DNA of 64,000 nucleotides, taken from the NCBI GenBank assembly GCA_002269645.1, contig NIVC01000035.1:434001-498000 (forward strand), given 5' to 3'. Positions 52,745 through 64,000 of the stretch are shown here, one piece after another. The first letter of the stretch is position 1. Every line of letters begins with the position of its first letter. Made by a program: the position numbers and the translations under genes. The DNA comes from Macrostomum lignano (taxonomy: Eukaryota). Under the pieces are notes generated by a model. It was not told where the DNA came from. It saw nothing but the letters and a program-made list of their open reading frames with translations, and ran no database searches.

Positions 52745-55444
52745 ATGAACTCACAGTCAGTTCAGAAGCAGCTATTCGGCAGACCTCTGTCAGCTGCACT
52801 GGAAGCCAGAATTCTCGAACTACTTGAGCCAGATGTTCTAGCCACTTGTCGCCTGGTGAACAGCCAATGGCGCGACTCTGTTGACGGTCTCGACGGTCTG
52901 TGGAGCGGTCTGGCTCGTCGGATTGGAGTTGCGCACAGCAGTGGAGCCTCCGATGCCCAGGAAGGCGCTGGCAAGTTGGCCAGAATTCGCCAATTGCTGA
53001 CTGAAAGAAACAACTGGCTTGGCTACGACCTTTGCCCAACCGTTGTTGATGACAAGCTGAAAGACAAGTTTCGTCCATCTCTGAATGATTTACAGCTGGT
53101 TAATGTTGTGAGTTTCCGCTACTCAGCTCTTTGGCATGAACTAGTTGGAGTTCAGTGTGAACTAGTTGGAGTTCAGTGTGAACTAGTTGGAGTTCAGTGT
53201 GAACTAGTTGGAGTTCAGTGTGAACTAGTTGGAGTTCAGTGTGAACTAGTTGGAGTTCAGTGTGAACTAGTTGGATTTCAGTGTGAACTAGTTGGAGTTC
53301 AGTGTGAACTAGTTGGAGTTCAGTGTGGACTAGTTGGAGTTCAGTGTGAACTAGTTGGAGTTCAGTGTGAACTAGTTGGAGTTCAGTGTGAACTAGTTGG
53401 AGTTCAGTGTAAACTAGTTGGAGTTCAGTGTGGACTAGTTGGAGTTCAGTGTGGATTAGTTGGAGTTCAGTGTGAACTAGTTGGAGTTCAGTGTGGACTA
53501 GTTGAAGTTCAGTGTGAACTAGTTAGAGTTCAGTGTGAACTAGTTGGATTTCAGTGTAAACTAGTTGGAGTTCAGTGTGGACTAGTTGGAGTTCAGTGTG
53601 GATTAGTTGGAGTTCAGTGTGAACTAGTTGGAGTTCAGTGTGAACTAGTTAGAGTTCAGTGTGAACTAGTTAGAGTTTAGTGTGAACTAGTTAGAGTTTA
53701 GTGTGAACTAGTTGAAGTTCAGTGTGAACTAGTTGGAGTTCAGTGTGAACTAGTTAGAGTTCAGTGTGAACTAGTTGGAGTTCAGTGTGAACTAGTTATG
53801 CTGCTTATAGTTGTGTTCCATGGAATCAGTGCAGTAAATATTCTTTCATTTCCTGATCAGAGTTGCGCAACACAGCTCGGCTCACGCAATTTTCACGGCT
53901 GCTGGCTCAAGGTGACGGCATTCGATGCGGCTTCTGCCAAGTACCACTCATGGCGACTGCAAAGCAGCACCAATTTCAGTGTTTGGAGCTTCTTTGACTA
54001 CAGTTGCAGCGGCAACGTCTCCGAGAGAACAGTCTGCGAGTGGACAGCGCTGCTGCAGGTCGGTGTGACATCCTGGAAGCGAGACATCGGCACGGATATC
54101 AACGAATTTCTCCAATTCATGCACCGTTCGCAGCGCAGAGACGATTTTCTGCGGAATCTGGAGGACAGAGCGTGGCACCGGACCAGTCTGCTACCTGTGG
54201 AGCTGGACAACGTCCCGTCGGACATCTTGAACGATTGGAAGTCTTTGTACACACGGACGAAAGACTTCATGATTAAACTGTTTAAATTTGCGGAAGAGCA
54301 ATCGAATGATCCAGAGGAAATGTACAGTAGCAGACGTGTGCCCGATGACTCACTTAATGTGTACATGGTTACACCGCTTGCGAGAACCGAGTCAGGAATT
54401 TTGAGACCGCAGTGCCTCATTGTGCTACCCTGTGGCGCCGAAGTTTGTGCAGTTGCCACGTGCAAGTGTCAATCCTGCACAGATAGGCAGCTTCTGCTGC
54501 TCAGCACAGAATGGCAGCTTGATCTGTACAATCTGCCAAACAATGCCGACGAGCCGGTCATCCTGTCACCCGTGTCAACTGTGGAACTCCATGTCAATAG
54601 CCGCTCTTACTGGTCTTCTATTCCTACAGCGAAGCTGACTCCCGTAAACAGCAACCAACAGCAGCACTTCGTGATTTCATTTTTCAACTCGAAAAGCAAT
54701 TACACGTATGCCGTTAGCGATGATGGCCTTCGAAAAGTTATATTTTTGGCCAGCTGCGACCGCTGCAAGGTTGACATAGTTCGAAGGATTGAAATTCCGC
54801 CACCTCTTGTGCTGGTCAACTCAACGATAAGGCACTGCGACAGCTTTCTGCTAGCCAGAGAGGCGGACCTGACTCGATCTAGCGGCAAACTTCTGCTTCT
54901 CCGCTTGGCAGACGTCACCGTAGATACCGAGGCGACCTTCACAATGTCGTCCAGTTTCGTAGAGTACAACATCGTGACTAAACTATTGCCGAATATGAAG
55001 AACTTGGCAGCTGAATTTGACCGAGGCAGCGCATTCTGGTATCTGCTGAGTCGTTTGGACAGGACTGAGGCTGAGGATTTGACGCTGGTCATCTACCGAA
55101 TCGGCTGTCCGCAGCCGCTCGCGCTGGCCCGTCTCGACAGTCTGCGGACAAATATTGGCGCCTTTGACAACACTGACACCACGCTGATGCTCACCAGGCG
55201 CCACCGAGGCCCCAGGTGGATTTCTACTGCTTCGTGTCGGTGGATGGACAGCAAGCTTGACTGCGGCAGGCCCTCGGTGCCCCTGCTTGCAATGTGCTAC
55301 GATAATGGCATCCGATTGCTGTTTTCCTGGCTCTTCGAGAAGCAAACCAGCACACTGGGCGGTGCGGGACGGACTGCACGGTTGAAGATTTCTGCTTTGC
55401 ATTGCTTGAAAGACTGGCCTTGGCTAAGATGGCGAATTGACTGA
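52745..55444 (+). CDS. F-box protein with unrecognised, probably beta-rich C-terminal domain; 2 exons, ~648 aa
   Basis: Exons 52745-53107 (GTT|gtgagt) and 53861-55444 (cctgatcag|AGT), phase 0. N-terminal PLSAALEARILELLEPDVLATCRLVNSQWRDSV fits the F-box pattern. Confidence 0.82.
53137..53796. repeat. 21-bp minisatellite (GAACTAGTTGGAGTTCAGTGT), F-box intron
   Basis: Tandem units. Confidence 0.96.
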
Positions 55445-55634
55445 TTCAATTGGCCTAAGAGTGTACTGTGAATTTTTTTGTTACGTGTAAATACAAAATA
55501 CTATAATTGACGTGCTCAGTCAGTCAGGCGTTCTTTAAATGAAAGAGCAGGTTTATCAACTTTCCGAAGACAGTTTCCAGCGCTTTTTATTTGCGTATTT
55601 TATTTGAGCTCTACTAAAAGTAGTGCGTTTATAT

Positions 55635-56820
55635 TCTCACCTCTCACCTGCACATCGATCAGGGAAATGCCCTGGCTCATGATAATCGATCAGGGAAATC
55701 CCCTCTTACCTGCACATCGATCATGGAAATCCTCTCTCACTTGCACATTGAACAGGAAAATCCCCTCTAACTTGCACATTGATCAGGAAAATCCCATCTT
55801 ACCTGCAAATCGATGAGGAAATCCTCGCTCACCTGCAGATCGATCAGGGAAATCCCCTCTCACCTGCACATCGATCAGGGAAATCTCCTAGCTCATGATA
55901 ATCGATCAGGGAAATCTCCTAGCTCATGAAAATCGATTAGGGACATCCCCTCTCTCAGGAAAATCGATCCGGGAAATCCCCTCTTACTTGCACATTAATC
56001 AGGAAAATCCCCTCCCACCTGCATATTGATCAGGGAAATCCCCTCTCACCTGCACATCGATCAGGGAAATCCCCTCTTACCTGCAGATCGATTAGGGAAA
56101 TTCCCTCTCTCATGATAATCTATCAGGGAAATCCCCTCTCACTTTCACATTGATCAGGGAAATCCCCTCCACCTGCACATTGATCAGGTAAATCCCCTCC
56201 CACCCGCACATCGATCAGGGAAATCCCCTTTTACCTGCACATCGATCAGGGAAATCCTCTCTTACCTGCACATCGATCAGGGAAATCCCCTTTCTCATGA
56301 AAATCGATCAGGGAAATCCTCTCTTACCTGCACATCGATCAGGGAAATCCCCTCTCTCATGAAAATCGATCAGGGAAATCCCCTCTTTCATGAAAATCGA
56401 TCAGGGAAATCCCCTCTCACTTGCACATTGATCAGGAAAATCCCCTCTCACTTGCACATTGATCAGGAAAATCCCCTCTCACTTGCACATTGATCAGGAA
56501 AATCCCATCTTACCTGCAAATCGATGAGGAAATCTTCGCTCACCTGCAGATCGATCAGGGAAATCTCCTAGCTCATGATAATCGATCAGGGAAATCCCAT
56601 CCCTCATGAAAATCGATTAGGGACATCCCCTCTCTCAGGAAAATCGATCCGGGAAATCCCCTCTTACTTGCACATTAATCAGGAAAATCCCCTCTCACCT
56701 ACACATTGATCAGGGAAATCTCCTCTTACCTGCAGATCGATCAGGGAAATCTCCTCTTACCTGCAGATCGATCAGGGAAATCCCCTCTTACCTGCAGATC
56801 GACCAGGGAAATCCTCGCTC
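55635..56820. repeat. 31-bp minisatellite (ATCGATCAGGGAAATCCCCTCTCACCTGCAC)
   Basis: Tandem units. Confidence 0.95.
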
Positions 56821-57054
56821 ATCTTTGGGGAATTCGAATCAAAATAAATTTTGCATTAAATTTAATGAAATCAAATCTATCAGGGAATAATTCAGTTTAT
56901 TGACACGTTGATTTCTGTTCTGTCCTAGAAACGATAAAAGATTTATTGATTAATTAATAGCAATCTCTGTATGAAAAATCTTCAAAAGTGTTCGATTAGT
57001 TTAATGCAAAGCTGACTTTAATCTGTTGCAAAAATATAGTGAGTGAAGGAAGGA

Positions 57055-57490
57055 GGCTGTTATGCAGCGAAGGAAGGTTGTTATGCAGCGAAGGAAGGGT
57101 GATATGCAGCAAAGGAAGGTTGTTATGCAGCGAAGGAAGGGTGATATGCAGCAAAGGAAGGGTGTTATGCAGCGAAGTAAGGGTGATATGCAGCAAAGGA
57201 AGGTTGTTATGCAGCGAAGGAAGGTTGTTATGCAGCGAAGGAAGGGTGATATGCAGCAAAGGAAGGTTGTTATGCAGCGAAGGAAGGGTGATATGCAGCA
57301 AAGGAAGGGTGTTATGCAGCGAAGTAAGGGTGATATGCAGCAAAGGAAGGGTGTTATGCAGCGAAGTAAGGGTGTTATGCAGCGAAGGAAGGGTGTTATG
57401 CAGCGAAGGAAGGGTGTTATGCAGCGAAGGAAGGGTGTTATGCAGCGAAGGAAGGGTGTTATGCAGCGAAGGAAGGGTGTTTTGCAGCGA
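57055..57490. repeat. 21-bp minisatellite (GTTATGCAGCGAAGGAAGGGT)
   Basis: Tandem units. Confidence 0.96.
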
Positions 57491-57894
57491 ACGGTGTTCT
57501 CTATCAAGACATGGTGTTATGCAGGAGTGTTTAAATGCAAGTAAACGTTATTATTAATCAATCACAATTTAGGAGTGCATCCTTTATTCATGTTTAAAAA
57601 ATAATTTTACAACTAGGCAACAAATTTAAAAGCATTGAAATGAAAAAGCGATATGATAAACTGAATTCTAGGAATGAGGGCATTTAGCAGTGGTGTCTAT
57701 AAATAACTTTTGGTAAAGATCCTGGATGTTGAATGCTATAATTATTTGGAAGAATGACGGCAGTGTGCACAGAGACAGTCAACACAAGTTGAACGGCGAT
57801 TCATGTCTTCATCCTGGTTAATCACATTTAAAAGATTAATTCAATTTTGATTGTTGCAAGCAGAATAGAGAGGCAAATAAAGGCACCATATCTA

Positions 57895-58580
57895 CTGTCT
57901 AACAGGTGTGTGACACTGTCCTGTCTAACAGGTGTGTGACACTGTCCTGTCTAACAGGTGTGTCACACTGTCCTGTCTAACAGGTGTGTGACACTGTCCT
58001 GTCTAACAGGTGTGTGACACTGTCCTGTCTAACAGGTGTGTAACACTATCCTGTCTAACAGGTGACACTATCCTGTCTAACAGGTGTGTGACACTGTCCT
58101 GTCTAACAGGTGTGTGACACTGTCCTGTCTAACAGGTGTGTGACACTGTCCTGTCTAACAGGTGACACTGTCCTGTCTAACAGGTGTGTGACACTGTCCT
58201 GTCTAACAGGTGTGTGACACTGTCCTGTCTAACAGGTGTGTGACACTGTCCTGTCTAACAGGTGTGTGACACTGTCCTGCCTAACAGGTGTGAGACACTG
58301 TCCTGTCTAACAGGTGTGTGACACTGTCCTGTCTAACAGGTGACACTATCCTGTCTAACAGGTGACACTATCCTGTCTAACAGGTGACACTATCCTGTCT
58401 AACAGGTGACACTATCCTGTCTAACAGGTGTTACACTGTCCTGTCTAACAGGTGTGTGACACTGTCCTGTCTAACAGGTGACACTGTCCTGTCTAACAGG
58501 TGTGTGACACTGTCCTGTCTTAACAGGTGTGTGACACTGTCCTGTCTAACAGGTGACACTATCCTGTCTAACAGATGACA
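57895..58580. repeat. 26/22-bp minisatellite (TGTCTAACAGGTGTGTGACACTGTCC)
   Basis: Tandem units. Confidence 0.96.
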
Positions 58581-58661
58581 CCTTTACAAAAATTGTCAAG
58601 ACAGTCAAACCATAAAAACTAACAGTCTTTTATCACAAAAACATTCAGTTTACAATTAAAT

Positions 58662-59952
58662 TCAATTTCGATCCAGTTGATGACGAGCTCCAGAATCTTT
58701 GATCGCCTCCCCTCCGGCGGCTGGGCCTTTCCTGCGACTCTCGCCCGTCTTGAACTCGAGCGGCATGAGCAGTGGAGCTGAGTGCCGGTGGGACTGATCC
58801 TCCAGCTTAGTCTGACCCAGCGGGCCTCTCAAATTGTTAACAGATCTCGTAATCGATTGTTGACAATCGCTGTTGCCAAGGAGACGCGATTCGACAGTCG
58901 ATTGCGGAGTGACGGACAGCTGCAGCTCCGGCCAGGTGAGGAATTTTCTAATCGAATTGGCGCCGTTTGCACTTGTGGCATCCCCGCTGGTAGCAACCAG
59001 ACCGGCTGAACCGCCGCTGAGCAACGGCAGGTGGTGGCTGGCTTGCCGACGGTAGGAGCTCGGCGGCGACGACTCAGCGACTGTCGGAAGCGACGGCAGC
59101 GTCGTGTGCGACAGTCGCGGCGTCGAAGAGCACGGCCCCGACGATTTTGCGGGCGCCATTGCAATCTGAGGAAGTCGAGACGAAGACATGAACGGCGCTT
59201 GCGGCTTGAGAGCTCAGGGTTTAGGCGTGAAATACGGAAATTTAGGTAGCAATTGAGCTGCATAATTCTTCATTGGCCAATGACCATATATGTAATGAAG
59301 CTGAGGCTGGGTTGGGATGGAGAGCCAATGCGGGAATTGCTGGAGAAAATACATCCACTTTATCTGCAAATCCCCCAGCTTTTCCCCCGCACTGGTTGCC
59401 TCCATCCCCCTCTGCTTAACTCTTTACCTTCATCTGTCTTCTATTTGTGCTCCTCAGTGTCCTTTTTACAGTCTCCCAGAACCCAATGTCTATTCTCTCC
59501 TCTCCTCTCTCTCTCCTCTCTCGCCTCTCTCCCCTCTCTCCCCTCTCTCCCTCTCTCCCCTCTCTCGCCTCTCTCCCCTCTCTCGCCTCTCTCCCCTCTC
59601 TCGCCTCTCTCCCCTCTCTCTCCTCTCTCCCCTCTCCCCTCTCTCCTCTCTCTCTCTCCTTACCCTCTCTCCCCTCTCAACCTCTTCCGTCTCCCTGTCC
59701 CCCAGGTCCACTTTATCATTTCCTTCTCTTCCTATGCTTCATTTTCAATGGTGAGTTTCTTCTTCCCCACTTCTCAGTAATTCTGCAAATTTCCACACCC
59801 TTATCAGTCACCATCAGTCTGTTTCTCATTATCAATATTGCGGACTCACCGTCATCCTCCCAAGCCTTTGAAGGGCTACGCCAATAGCCAATTAGGTAAC
59901 TCATGTCTTCAAAGGGCTTAGCCTGAATGCTGATAGCTTCACCTCTGAGCCG
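58662..59952 (-). CDS. Putative last two exons of an unidentified gene
   Basis: Exon 59952-59850 (ttcaacattcag|RLRGEAISIQAKPFEDMSYLIGYWRSPSKAWEDD|gtgagt, phase 1 out) can join a GC-rich Ser/Pro-rich terminal ORF at ~59215-58662. No family recognised. Confidence 0.45.
59505..59690. repeat. CT-rich low-complexity tract with 18-bp units
   Basis: Direct observation. Confidence 0.9.
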
Positions 59953-60319
59953 CTGAATGTTGAAGGATAAAGACAATAAACTGATGTTTGGGACAATCCC
60001 TAAAGCTGTTAATTCCTCTCTTCAATACTGACCGCTCCCGCACGCCCGCCCGCCCACTTCATCGGATTTTGGCGCCATCAGTGCAAAACGTTGGATGCCT
60101 GTTTTGGCAGTGCAGAAATTTTCATCTGCCCGCATCATGCAGCGGTGAGACTGGGCTTGCCTTCACTGACTGCCATCATTTTGGCACACTGCGGGTTTAT
60201 TGCTGTTTAATACTTTTGTGCATTCTTGCCTATCTATCTCTTCCCTCTTCATCCTCCCTATCCTCTCTCCCCTCTATCTTCTCACTCCTCTCTACCCTCT
60301 ATCCTCTCACCCCTCTCAC

Positions 60320-61200
<881 letters not shown>

Positions 61201-61854
61201 TATCATCTATTATCCATCATCATCTTGCACTTTGGCAGAAAGCATCCCTGACCCCAGATCCGCCCTCAAATGCACCAGAACTCAGAAACTGAGTAAGCTG
61301 TGAAGATGTTCTCTAAACACGGACCCTGGTAATTTCTCAATCTCAGCAGTGCCCCACGTCACTGTACCGCTGCTGTCTCACCCCTCTAACACGGCTGGCG
61401 GTGCAAGTTCAGTTCACATCGCGTGCTACAATCCATTCACGGAGCAGTCTGACTAAACCGGACACCCGACTGCATCAAAAGATTGATCACTGTTCTCTCA
61501 ACCTCAGCTCACACAGCCAGTTATTCAATAGCGCTTTTTGAAGATGCGTAGGCTTTGCAAAGCTTTCGATTGAATCTTCCTTTGTAAAAAGTCTGGCAAA
61601 TGATGAAATGCAATATTGCAAGATTGTAAATCACAAGGAGAATCAACAGATGTAGACATGGCCACATGTGTATTGATGCTGAAGCATGGTCACAGTCCAT
61701 AGGAAATCAGATATCCTTTCTAGAACTGATTTTTTGTTACTTCTCCCGGATTGGGGATTTATATGTTGGAGATAAAATTCTGGCTTGTGGAAGTCCTGGA
61801 TCAACGACTTTTGTGTAGGAAAGCGGTGTAGTTCACGATGTTAGAGCCGAGGTG

Positions 61855-62022
61855 TCTCTCACCTCTCTCCTCCTTCCTTCCCCCCTCTTTCCACGCTCCC
61901 CTGTCTCCCATCTCCCTTCTCTCCCCTCTCTTCCCTAGCTCTCCCCTCTCTCTCTCTCGCCTCTCTCATCCCCTTCTCCGCTCTCTACCCTCTCTCTCTC
62001 TCCTCTTTCCCGTCTCTCCCCT
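61855..62022. repeat. CT-rich low-complexity tract
   Basis: Direct observation. Confidence 0.85.
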
Positions 62023-62815
62023 GCACTATCAATTTAAAATGCAATTCATGGTAAGCAGTGATTTTTCCAAGGTGAACGTCTGTTCAATGGTAGAACGAAC
62101 GAAGGTAGATTAAGATTAACTCAATGATAAATTGTCAGCAGTCCCAGTGCGTGACAACGATTGTCTGGCGAGCGCCCCCATGACCCCGCTTTCCCTGTTA
62201 CGCTGCTTCTATGTTTAAGTGGTGGATACATCACTTATTCCCCGTTAATACCAAGTGTCTAGGGCAAAAATTGTCCTATTGATTGAGCTCACTCTGGAGG
62301 TGTGTGACATGCTTATTTGACTCTGCGTGCTATGGCTGATTTAGTCTATGGCTAAACTTCATGGTCTATGCAGGTTTTAAAATGGAATCGAATATGATTG
62401 AGATTCATAAAGGTTTCTTTATAAAGGCAATCTTTATAATCGTGCGTGCGATTTTCTCAATTTGAACCATAGAAATCACCAGTTCGTGAGAGAGAGAGAG
62501 AGAGAGTTGGAAAGAGATTATAATCGCTTGTCTGTTAGTTACCCTTGCTGGTGTCTCAGCTGCTTGACATGCCCTAGAGTGCGAGAGACGATAGCGTCGG
62601 ATGTGCAAAGGTCTCGACTCCGGACGACGCTAATGCCATGAACAAGATGAAGTTAGTTAGCTGTCAAAAGGCTCGACTACATGTAATCCACAGATCTTAT
62701 ATACACTAAAAAGGCCACTCAGTGGCACCCAGCCAAACCATTGTCGGCTGATTTTCCATGCAAGAATGGCATTGTATCACGCTGGCGCGCGTTAGATGCA
62801 CGATTTACTGTGCGT

Positions 62816-63484
62816 CTAATGTAGGTGTCTATGGCAATTTTCTATCTGAGTAAAGGCAACAAGCGTGCGTCTAACGCGTGCGTGTAATGCACGGAAAGGC
62901 TCGATCGATTGGAAGTGTCGGGCGCGTCCGCCTCGGGCAATGAAGATTCTGCCCATTGACTTCAGTGTCGTATTGGAAGCATAGAATGCGTCGTCAGTTA
63001 GAATATTGATTCGCCTTGTCGACATGAAATGCCGGTAGAGCGCAGCTCGGATACAAATCAACGTGGCTGGAGCAAAGTATTCACCATTCCTCTTGCGAAG
63101 TGAGCCATAGAAGTATCGCAATAGACTGTCGATCTCGCGCGGTGTAGAAGTCGCCAAATCACGCTGAACTGACGGATGGCTCTCCATGAAGCTCTGCAAC
63201 TTACCGACATAATATTCGGTAGCCTTTGTCACACTTTTACTAGCAGCGGTGTCCTCGATTTCGGAAACGAGCTGTTCCAATTCAAGTAGTTCAGCTTCTT
63301 CGTCAGGTATCTTCTTGAAAAGTGCCTCCAGAAGATCCTCCTCTTCTCGATCAATTGCCGACTCCGGTAGATTATCAGGCTCGTTCAGAATGTCGTCAAT
63401 CTCATTGGTGGACAAGCCGGAAATCGTTTCGTTCGGAAATTTGCTCAGATTCAGAAGTCTGACTTTAGTTGGTGGCTCAGCCAT
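62816..63484 (-). mobile_element. Truncated Crypton-type tyrosine recombinase (DUF3504/ZMYM-QRICH1-KCTD1-related N-terminal part)
   Basis: TKATEYYV...IDSLLRYFYGSLRKRNGEYFAPATLICIRAALYRHF...INILTDDAFYASNTTLK matches the recalled Crypton/DUF3504 pattern L..FY...RK.DG..Y....L..IRA.L.RH. Similarity ends at HFQSIEP (~62895), before the catalytic core. Confidence 0.75.
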
Positions 63485-64000
63485 ATTCTCTCACAAGTGA
63501 TTTTAATTTAACAGCTTCTTATTCCCTTCTTCGCAACACTCAATCAACTTGCGTGCCTTTCACGCATTTTTGTCTATGGTTAAGACAAATTAACTGAGCG
63601 TGCATCTAACGCGCCATCTAAAGTATTAAGCCAACGTAATACAATGCACGAGTGCGCGCAGCGCACGAGTGCCATAGACCATTTAAGCACGCAAAATCGA
63701 TGTATGAATCCTACATTCTTGCACTCTTTTGCGTGCAGGAATGGATATCTATGGTAAAATCTCACTGAAAAAGCATTGGGCGCAGAAATTCATTCCTGCA
63801 CGGTTTTGTGCATTCCTGCACGATGAATCATCCGACAATGGAATTCCTTCACGTTCACTCGTGCGTGAAGGACATCGTGCACTCGTGCAGATGTCATTCC
63901 CGCACTCGTGACCGTGCAGGAATATATCATTGAGCCTATGGGAAGAATTCCAAGAAGCGGTGATTTATAATCAGCTAGTCTTCAGTAGTTAATGCGCATA

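Noticed and set aside
53108-53860. ELVGVQC repeat as part of the F-box protein
   Set aside because: It lies between a GTGAGT donor and a phase-matched acceptor, and the frame hits a stop at 53680.
59706-59750. Plus-strand micro-exon (ccccag|VHFIISFSSYASFSM|gtgagt)
   Set aside because: Good splice signals, but the next acceptor opens on a stop and no plus-strand gene model could be built.

Overview
Eukaryotic (metazoan) genomic DNA, not prokaryotic. GC-rich exons are separated by GT-AG introns that are largely filled with micro- and minisatellites. This repeat landscape and gene set resemble a free-living flatworm such as Macrostomum (inference only). Exons were joined by hand using splice sites and phase. 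Genes found: 3' part of an EDA/Eiger-like TNF ligand (+); a complete 7-exon NEURL4 (-, about 1650 aa) whose ADP-ribosyltransferase-like C-terminus appears catalytically dead; an intronless SPMIP2/C4orf45-like ORF (-); a coiled-coil orphan (-) carrying a same-strand intronless class A GPCR and a fold-back mariner remnant in one intron; a ~14-exon anosmin-1/KAL-1-like gene (-) that lacks the WAP domain and ends in a GPI-like tail; a small Cys-rich membrane protein (-); a 2-exon F-box gene (+); terminal exons of an unidentified gene (-); and a truncated Crypton-type recombinase ORF. Mobile DNA also includes a 597-bp non-autonomous transposon with an 8-bp TSD and a tRNA-derived CORE-like SINE. Most long ORFs in the supplied track are stop-free translations of satellites. 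All family assignments are from recalled motifs, not database searches.
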